DNA of 64,000 nucleotides from Dehalococcoidia bacterium. GTDB lineage: Bacteria; Chloroflexota; Dehalococcoidia; Bin125. This document shows, in pieces, positions 57,868 through 64,000 of this stretch. The notes beneath the pieces were generated by a model. The model had not been told where the DNA came from and searched no databases. It saw only the letters and a list, made by a program, of their open reading frames with translations. Every line of letters starts with the position of its first letter. Position 1 is the stretch's first letter. The position numbers were made by a program, and so were the translations under genes. The stretch lies in contig OZ244584.1 of NCBI GenBank assembly GCA_965218115.1, positions 1,646,576 through 1,710,575 on the forward strand, written 5' to 3'.

Positions 57868-59640
57868 ATGTCGGAAGGCCCTGCACACGACATGCAAGCA
57901 GATGACGAACGAGGCGATGACGCACCGCCGACGCCTTCGGTAACTGTGGAATCGATGACATTTTCCGATGGAACGACTATTTCGCTCAACCGAGGTGATG
58001 TCGTCGTCTTCGTCGGACCGAACAATGCGGGCAAAAGCCAGGCGCTGCGTGAACTTTCACAGGTCATTTCGGATGCCAACACAGGTCCCGTCTTGAGACG
58101 TGCATCAATCAACCGATTCGGCACCGCCGGCGAAGTCTCACGGTACATCGCAGATCATTCGATCGCGGACCAACAGCCTAGGAAGCTTGTTTATCGTGGC
58201 TACCAATACGCAGTCACCGCGGCACAGATTGCTTCCATGTGGCGGGATCGCCTCGGGCAGCTCGCGCCGTTCTTTTGCCACACTATCTCCACTGCGACTC
58301 GCATTGACGCGAGCAATCCTGCGCAAGCAATCGCATTCCCGAACGAATCCCCGTCGCATCCCATTCACTCCCTGTATCGAGACGATGCTCTCGAACGTCA
58401 GGTTTCCGATTTGTTCGACCGCGCATTCGGCTTGCGCCTATTCGTCTATCGACTAGGCGGATCGCGCATCCCGCTGATCGTCGGACCTGAAGTCCAACTG
58501 AAGCCCGGCGAAGATAGGCTCTCTACGGAATACAACGTGCGCCTCCTCGATAGTACTGTGCCGCTCGAGACGCAAGGAGACGGGATGCGGAGCTTTGCGA
58601 GCGTAATCCTACATATCCTCGCCCCACTGACGGCAAGCATTGTGCTCCTCGACGAGCCTGAGGCGTTCCTGCATCCCCCGCAAGCCCGCCTGCTAGGTGA
58701 GATCATCGCGACAGAGCGGCGTGGCACATCGCAGCTTTTTGTCGCGACCCACAGTCCCGACGTCGTATACGGATTGCTAAATGTAGTCGAGAACGAGCAC
58801 CTGCGGATCATCCGACTTGAACGTGTGGGAGACGAGAACCGCATCAAGGAGCTTGATCGAGCGGGGGCATCTCAGATTGCGAGCGATCCTCTAATGAAGT
58901 ACTCGTCCGTTCTCTCTGGCGTATTTCACCAACGAGTCATCATATGCGAGTCTGACGCCGACTGCATGTTCTATGGCACGCTTCTCCACCTACCGAGCGT
59001 GCGTGGCCCCCGTCACCCAGACGTACTTTTCATCCATCCGAGCGGGAAGCACCGCATGGCGGTTCAGGTGAAGGCACTGCGATCGCTCGGCGTCCCTGTC
59101 GATGTTATCGCGGATATGGACGTCTTAAACGACGTGTCAGTGATCAAGGGTCTATTCGAAGCGTTGGGAGGCGACTGGTCCCTCGTAGAGGCGCAGGTGA
59201 AACACGTAATAGCTGCGATCGAGGAGCGGCACCCTCCCATGACGGCGGGTGACGTGGCTCGGTCGATCCAGGATGCCTTGCATGGTATGGATCATGGTGG
59301 CACTTTTCCGAAGGCTGCCCGCAGGACAATCTTAGATACGCTGCGGGATACGTCTCCGTGGAGTTTTGTGAAGAAATCTGGCGAACACGGTGGAATCCCA
59401 AGCGGTACTCCCAACGAGGAGTACCGCACTGTGCGCGGAGCTTTCGAAAGTGTCGGATTGTGGCTGGTACCGGTGGGCGAGCTTGAGGGCTTCTGCCGCA
59501 ACGTGGGTGGTCACGGGTCCGGATGGGTGCAAAGCGTGGTCGAACAGCACGACTTGGAGCAGTCGCCCGACCTAGAAGACGCACGCGTCTTCGTCCGCAA
59601 AGTGTGGACGGGGGGTGGCCGCTCGCCGACGACGGTCTGA
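57868..59640 (+). CDS. Class-1 OLD-family ATP-dependent endonuclease: ABC ATPase fused to a C-terminal TOPRIM domain
   Basis: Walker A VVVFVGPNNAGKSQ, Walker B IVLLDEPEAFLHP and H-loop VATHSP. The TOPRIM domain has a catalytic Glu (VIICESDAD) and a DxD motif (VDVIADMDVLND). GC is lower than the surroundings. The start is uncertain, with candidates at 57766, 57868 and 57955. Confidence 0.75.
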   Translation: MSEGPAHDMQADDERGDDAPPTPSVTVESMTFSDGTTISLNRGDVVVFVGPNNAGKSQALRELSQVISDANTGPVLRRASINRFGTAGEVSRYIADHSIADQQPRKLVYRGYQYAVTAAQIASMWRDRLGQLAPFFCHTISTATRIDASNPAQAIAFPNESPSHPIHSLYRDDALERQVSDLFDRAFGLRLFVYRLGGSRIPLIVGPEVQLKPGEDRLSTEYNVRLLDSTVPLETQGDGMRSFASVILHILAPLTASIVLLDEPEAFLHPPQARLLGEIIATERRGTSQLFVATHSPDVVYGLLNVVENEHLRIIRLERVGDENRIKELDRAGASQIASDPLMKYSSVLSGVFHQRVIICESDADCMFYGTLLHLPSVRGPRHPDVLFIHPSGKHRMAVQVKALRSLGVPVDVIADMDVLNDVSVIKGLFEALGGDWSLVEAQVKHVIAAIEERHPPMTAGDVARSIQDALHGMDHGGTFPKAARRTILDTLRDTSPWSFVKKSGEHGGIPSGTPNEEYRTVRGAFESVGLWLVPVGELEGFCRNVGGHGSGWVQSVVEQHDLEQSPDLEDARVFVRKVWTGGGRSPTTV

Positions 59641-59705
59641 TCCGCTTTATCCGTTGCAGCGGACCACTATGTGCCGATTCCTCATCGTCCGCTAAAGCTG
59701 ATCGT

Positions 59706-59779
59706 TGGCTGCCGCGCCAGGATTTGAACCTGAACTAAGGGATCCAAAGTCCCTGGTGCTACCGTTACACTACGCGGCA
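59706..59779 (-). tRNA. tRNA-Gln (anticodon TTG)
   Basis: The reverse complement folds as TGCCGCG acceptor … AGGGA-ctTTGga-TCCCT anticodon arm … GGTTCAAATCC T-loop … CGCGGCA-G-CCA. Confidence 0.75.
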
Positions 59780-59780
59780 G

Positions 59781-59867
59781 TGGTACCGAGGGCCGGACTC
59801 GAACCGGCACGGGCATTACACCCAATGGTGTTTGAGACCATCGCGTCTACCATTCCGCCACCTCGGC
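59781..59867 (-). tRNA. tRNA-Leu (anticodon CAA), with a long variable arm
   Basis: The reverse complement folds as GCCGAGG acceptor, GCGG-AATGGTAG-ACGC D-arm, ATGGT-ctCAAac-ACCAT anticodon arm, a long variable arm, GGTTCGAGTCC T-loop and CCTCGGT-A-CCA. Confidence 0.75.
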
Positions 59868-59883
59868 ATTCCCGACCAGTTTA

Positions 59884-61155
59884 TCAGCGCGGCGGCGTCT
59901 CGATCCCGCCCGGGTTGGGCCGTTTACTGAACGAGACCAGCTTGATCCGCCGGTCGTCGGCGTCGACCACGGTCCAGCGGTAGCCGTGCAGGGTGGCCTC
60001 TTCGTTGGGGCGGGGCATGCGGTGGAAGTGGTGGGTGAGCATCCCGGCGACGGTTTCAGCGTCCTCGGCGCTGAGGTCGATGCCGAGTTCGGCGCCCAGC
60101 TCGGTCAGGCCGCGATGACCCTCGACGAACTGCCGGCCCGAGATGCGCACCTGAACCGGCTCGCGGGTGGTGCCCATCTCGCTGCGAATGTTGCCCACGA
60201 CCAGCTCCAGGATGTCCTCCAGCGTGACCAGGCCCGAGGTGTCGCCGAACTCGTCGACCAGCAGCATCAAGTGGTGTCCGGTGGTGCGCATCTCATCGAG
60301 CACGCGCTGGACGGAGGCGCGCTCGGACTCGAAGGGGGCCTCGCGCATCACGTCGCGCACGGCGCGGTCGGGATGGCCCTCGCCGAGCTGCGCGAGCACA
60401 TCGGAGCCGTGCAGATAGCCGACGAACTGGTCGGCGAGATCGGCGGTGACGGGCAGGCGGAGGAAGCCGGCGACGCCGAAGCGGGCGGCGGCCTGGGCGA
60501 GCGTGGCGTCGGAATCGATGCTCTCGATCTGCACGCGCGGCGTCATGATCCGTCGGGCCTGCGTGTCGGTGAGGCGGAGCGCGCCGAGCAGCACGTTGGT
60601 CTCGCCGGGTTCGAGCTCGCCGCGCTCGCGGCCGAGGTCGATGGCGGTGCGCAGCTCGCCGAGCGAGAGCGCGGCCTGTCCCTCGCCGGCGCCGCCCACG
60701 AGCCGAAGCCACACGCGCGTCAAGGTGTCCAGGGCCGCCACGAGCGGCAGGGTCAGCCGCACCCACCAGCGCAGCGGATGCGCGAGCACGCGGACCATCA
60801 TGATGTTGTGGTGCAGCGCGACCGACTTGGGGCCGATTTCACCGAAGATCACGAGTAGCACGGTGACGACCACGGTGGCCGCGAGCAGCGCCGAACCGCC
60901 GGCGATCAGCTCGGCCGCGATGGCCGTACCGACGGCGGCGGCGCCGGTGTTGACGAGGTTGTTGCCGAGCAGGATGGCGGCCAGCAGACGTCGGGGGTCC
61001 TCGAGCAGGGCAGCGGCGCGGCTCGCGCCGGACAGGCCGGCGCGGCGCGCGTGTTCCAGTCGGACCCGCTCGACTGAGAGAAACGCCGTCTCGGCGCTCG
61101 AAAAGACGCCCGAGAAGACGAGCAGCACCACCAGGACGACGACGTAGACCTCCAC
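59884..61155 (-). CDS. CNNM/CorC/HlyC-family transporter (DUF21 + CBS pair + CorC_HlyC)
   Basis: 423 aa with N-terminal DUF21 transmembrane helices, …LLGNNLVN…, then CBS domains and a CorC C-terminus. Confidence 0.85.
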   Translation of the reverse strand: MEVYVVVLVVLLVFSGVFSSAETAFLSVERVRLEHARRAGLSGASRAAALLEDPRRLLAAILLGNNLVNTGAAAVGTAIAAELIAGGSALLAATVVVTVLLVIFGEIGPKSVALHHNIMMVRVLAHPLRWWVRLTLPLVAALDTLTRVWLRLVGGAGEGQAALSLGELRTAIDLGRERGELEPGETNVLLGALRLTDTQARRIMTPRVQIESIDSDATLAQAAARFGVAGFLRLPVTADLADQFVGYLHGSDVLAQLGEGHPDRAVRDVMREAPFESERASVQRVLDEMRTTGHHLMLLVDEFGDTSGLVTLEDILELVVGNIRSEMGTTREPVQVRISGRQFVEGHRGLTELGAELGIDLSAEDAETVAGMLTHHFHRMPRPNEEATLHGYRWTVVDADDRRIKLVSFSKRPNPGGIETPPR

Positions 61156-61393
61156 CGGTGGGTCCTCCGACTCCCCTGCTTACGCTAGCCTGCGGGCATG
61201 ACTACACACGCAGCCCCGCAGACAGTCGATGAAGCCGCCGAGCTGCTCGGGGTTGATCCGAGCGCGCTTGCTGACGCGGTGGCCGCCGCCGTGGTGGAGG
61301 CGGAGCGTCCCAGCGCCAAGGATTGAACGATGCCGGGTCCGGCGCTCAGGGTGAGCGCCTTCGTCGCCGGCAAGTACGTCGTCGCCGAGCGCG

Positions 61394-62119
61394 ATGACCA
61401 GGGCGCGGAGTGGCGTGTCTCGCTCCTCTAGCGAGACTTCGACTGCGGCCGGCGGCGCGCCCGTGAGCGGGGGCTGCCGCTACCGAGCCGTGCTCTTCGA
61501 TCTGGACGGCACGCTGGCCGACACCGAGCCGCTCGTGATCGCCTGCGCGCTGGAGACGATCCGCGCGGCCGGCTATGCGGTCAGCGAAGAGCAGCTGCTG
61601 CGCTACATCGGCCCGCCGATGCCGGTGATGCTGAAGAACATGCTGGGCATGGAGCTGGACGCAGCGCAGCCGCTCTACTTCGACTACCTGGAGCGTTACC
61701 GCACGACCTACATGCCGCGCACGGCGCCGCTGCCGGGCGCGGTGGAGCTGCTCGACCGCCTCGCCGAGCTGGAGATCCCGCTGGCGGTGGTGACGAACAA
61801 GCGCGAGGACGCGGGGCGTCAGTCGGTCGAGGTGCTGGGCTGGTCGGAGCGGTTCGTGACGATCATCGGGGCAGACACGGCGGTTGCGCCGAAGCCGGAC
61901 GCGGCGCCGATTGTCTTCGCGCTGGAGGCGCTGGGGGTCGGAGCGGATGAGGCGGCGATTGTCGGCGACACGGAGTCGGACATGGGCGCGGGCGCCGCGG
62001 CAGGTCTGGCGGGCGTGATCGGGATCGTCGGGGTGCGCTCAGCAGCGTTCCTGCGCGAGCAGGGCGCGACGGAGACGGCGGTGGACCTCGCCGAAGTGGG
62101 GCGAGCGTTGATCGGCTAA
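61394..62119 (+). CDS. HAD-IA family hydrolase (phosphoglycolate-phosphatase-like)
   Basis: HAD motif I VLFDLDGTLAD, motif II VVTNK and motif IV GDTESD. The true start may be downstream of 61394. Confidence 0.75.
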   Translation: MTRARSGVSRSSSETSTAAGGAPVSGGCRYRAVLFDLDGTLADTEPLVIACALETIRAAGYAVSEEQLLRYIGPPMPVMLKNMLGMELDAAQPLYFDYLERYRTTYMPRTAPLPGAVELLDRLAELEIPLAVVTNKREDAGRQSVEVLGWSERFVTIIGADTAVAPKPDAAPIVFALEALGVGADEAAIVGDTESDMGAGAAAGLAGVIGIVGVRSAAFLREQGATETAVDLAEVGRALIG

Positions 62120-62248
62120 ATCGCGCCGTGACGGTCGCGCGGGCAGTCTCGCCGATGCCGCGATGCGGCAAGCCGAACCGCTACCGCCCGCGCGGCGATC
62201 CGCGCGTAAGCCCGGCCAACGCTGGGATGGCGTGGGCGCGTTGGCGCG

Positions 62249-63033
62249 CTACTGGTTGAAGACGGGCGGGCGCTTTTCGAGGAAGGCGGTGACGGCTTCG
62301 CTGTGGGAGGGGAGGCGGCGGGACTCGCGGTCGCGGGCTCCTTCGCGCTCCATCACGCGGTTGAGGTCGGGCTCGGTGGTGTTGTCGTTGAGCAGGGTCT
62401 TGATCTTGCGCACGACCGCGGTGGGATTGCCGGCCAGCTCCTCTGCCTTCGCGAGGGCGGTCTCGAACAGCTGATCGGGCTCGACGACGGCCGAGACGAG
62501 GCCGATGCGGTAGGCCTCCTCGGCCTCAACCATCCGACCGGAGAGGCAGATGTCGGTGGCGTGGCCGAGGCCGACGAGCTGCGAGAGCAGGCGGGTGGAG
62601 CCGAGCTCGGGGACGAGGCCGACTTTGACAAAGCGAATTGAGAGCTTCGCGCCTTCGGCGGCGTAGCGCACGTCGCAGGGCAGCGCGAGCGTGAGCCCGA
62701 CGCCCACTGCGTAGCCCTGGATGGCGGCGATGACGGGCTTCGAGCTGCGGATCAGATTGGTCCAGTTGACGCGCATCCCGGCGCCGCGGCCGGCCGCCTC
62801 GGGGTCGTCCGCCAGGCGCTGATTGAAGCCCTGGAGGTCGGCGCCGGCGCAGAAGGCGCGGCCCTCGCCGGCGATCACCATCGCGCCGATGCTGTCGTCT
62901 TCGTTCCAGGCCTGAATCTGGGTCGACAGCTCATTGGCCATGACGTCAGTCCAGGCGTTGAGCTTTTCGGGTCGGTTGAGGCGCAGCACGCCGACGCGTC
63001 CGCGGGTCTCGGTGAGGATCTGTTCGTAGGTCA
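62249..63033 (-). CDS. Enoyl-CoA hydratase/isomerase-family protein
   Basis: Start taken at MTYEQILTETRGRVGVLRLNRPEKLNAW…, with the oxyanion-hole motif GEGRAFCAGADL. Confidence 0.8.
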
Positions 63034-63126
63034 TGATTCGCTCCTGTGCTGGCCCAGAGTCTATCGCGCAGGACATATGCGCCGGCGCTGTACCGGCGTC
63101 GGGGTGATCGGCGATGATGCAGGGGT

Positions 63127-64000
63127 ATGTCCCTCGCATCCGTGAACCCGAATGGCCAGCCGGCCGGCGCTCCGCCGGACGACGCGCATCGCTGGCGGCG
63201 CAACCTGCGTCTCTACCCGTGGTTCTACTTCTTCCACGACCTCCAGGTCTGGATGCCGATCTGGATCATTTTCAGCACGGACTACATCGGCCTGAACTTT
63301 TCGCAGCTCGGTCTGATCGGGCCGTTTTTCTACCTGATCCTTTCGGTTGGACAAGCGCCCGCGGGCGCGCTCGCCGACCGCTTCGGGCGAGCCAACGCGA
63401 TGCGCCTGGGCGTCTGCTTCTACATCCTGTTCATCGTCGTCTTCGCATTCTCGACCGACATCTGGTGGGTCGCGATCGCCTGGTTCCTGTGGGGTACCGC
63501 GATCGTGATGGTCAGCGGGGCGGACAGCGCGTTCCTGCACGACAGCTTGCAGTCGCTGCGGCGGGAACGCGAGTTTGAGCGTCGCGCGGGCACGGCGTTC
63601 GGCGCGCGTTCGCTAGCAATGCTCACCGCGACGTTTGTGGGCGGCGAGATCGCGGCGCGCGTGGGGCTGCAGAACACCGTGCTGCTGGGCACGGTCGTCA
63701 CGGTGATCGCGCTGCTGATCGCGACGCAGTTCAAGGAACCGCCGCGCCGGGCGCGTGGTCGTCGCGACGGCCACGCCGGGCTGGGCTTCGTCGCGCTGAT
63801 CGGTGAAACGTTGCGACTCGCGTGGCGACGCAAGACGATCCGCTACGCGATGATTTTCGTCGCGATCTCAGGTGCGGCATCGATCCCGGCCGAGTACCTG
63901 CTGCAACCGCTGATCGCCAGCCACGGGATCGAGATCGGCTGGCAGTTCTCATTCCTCCAGGTGCCCAACCGGCTGCTGGCGATGCTTGGAGCATTCACCG
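63127..64000 (+). CDS. MFS transporter (partial; continues beyond the window)
   Basis: Hand translation from the ATG at 63127 gives MSLASVNPNGQ…LYPWFYFFHDLQVWMPIWIIFS…ADRFGRANAMRLGV…, showing MFS TM1-TM6 and loop motifs. No stop occurs within the window. Confidence 0.55.
   Translation, partial: MSLASVNPNGQPAGAPPDDAHRWRRNLRLYPWFYFFHDLQVWMPIWIIFSTDYIGLNFSQLGLIGPFFYLILSVGQAPAGALADRFGRANAMRLGVCFYILFIVVFAFSTDIWWVAIAWFLWGTAIVMVSGADSAFLHDSLQSLRREREFERRAGTAFGARSLAMLTATFVGGEIAARVGLQNTVLLGTVVTVIALLIATQFKEPPRRARGRRDGHAGLGFVALIGETLRLAWRRKTIRYAMIFVAISGAASIPAEYLLQPLIASHGIEIGWQFSFLQVPNRLLAMLGAFT

Noticed and set aside
56942-59867. attL/attR direct repeats derived from a tRNA 3' end delimiting the OLD-nuclease islet
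   Set aside because: I looked for a second copy of the 3' ends of tRNA-Asn or tRNA-Gln near the opposite boundary and found none by eye. No integrase gene is present. The island call therefore rests only on tRNA context and GC.

Overview
This is a high-GC (~70%) chromosomal window from a Gram-positive-type bacterium; the two F420/LLM-class oxidoreductases and the DinB-like protein suggest Actinomycetota or Chloroflexota. Most genes lie on the minus strand. The housekeeping backbone is a coxM-coxS-coxL-type molybdoenzyme operon with a MoaD-like gene, nhaA, metH, icd, an M3 peptidase, the glyoxylate shunt aceB-aceA, a principal sigma factor, a truncated pyr operon (pyrR-pyrB-pyrC-carA-GNAT-carB-pyrK), a biotin carboxyl carrier protein with biotin carboxylase, proline dehydrogenase, RNase D, and four tRNAs (Gly, Asn, Gln, Leu). 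Set into this backbone are several lower-GC accessory patches that look like defence or toxin-antitoxin islands. (1) A two-gene split OLD-family/PARIS-like module at 18256-20105: an ABC/AAA_21 ATPase followed by a small TOPRIM-like (DUF4276-type) protein. (2) N- and C-terminal remnants of an MmeI/PglX-type type IIG restriction-modification gene at 22565-25155, whose middle has been replaced by a low-GC gene with a nucleoside-2-deoxyribosyltransferase/TIR-like domain. (3) A fused class-1 OLD-family ATPase-TOPRIM nuclease at 57868-59640, in an island bracketed by tRNA-Asn and tRNA-Gln/Leu. (4) Three paralogous BrnT/BrnA-like toxin-antitoxin loci, one with a stop-disrupted toxin, plus two orphan antitoxin copies. 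(5) A DUF433-DUF5615 pair. A family of GC-rich palindromic REP/MITE-like elements (core GCATCTCCCCCCGC...GCGGGGGGAGATGC with CCGAAGGCAGAGGGGGG) is scattered through intergenic regions at the edges of these patches. No CRISPR array, integrase or transposase was recognised. All calls come from reading the translations and motifs by eye. Coordinates of RNA genes, repeats and revised start sites are approximate.
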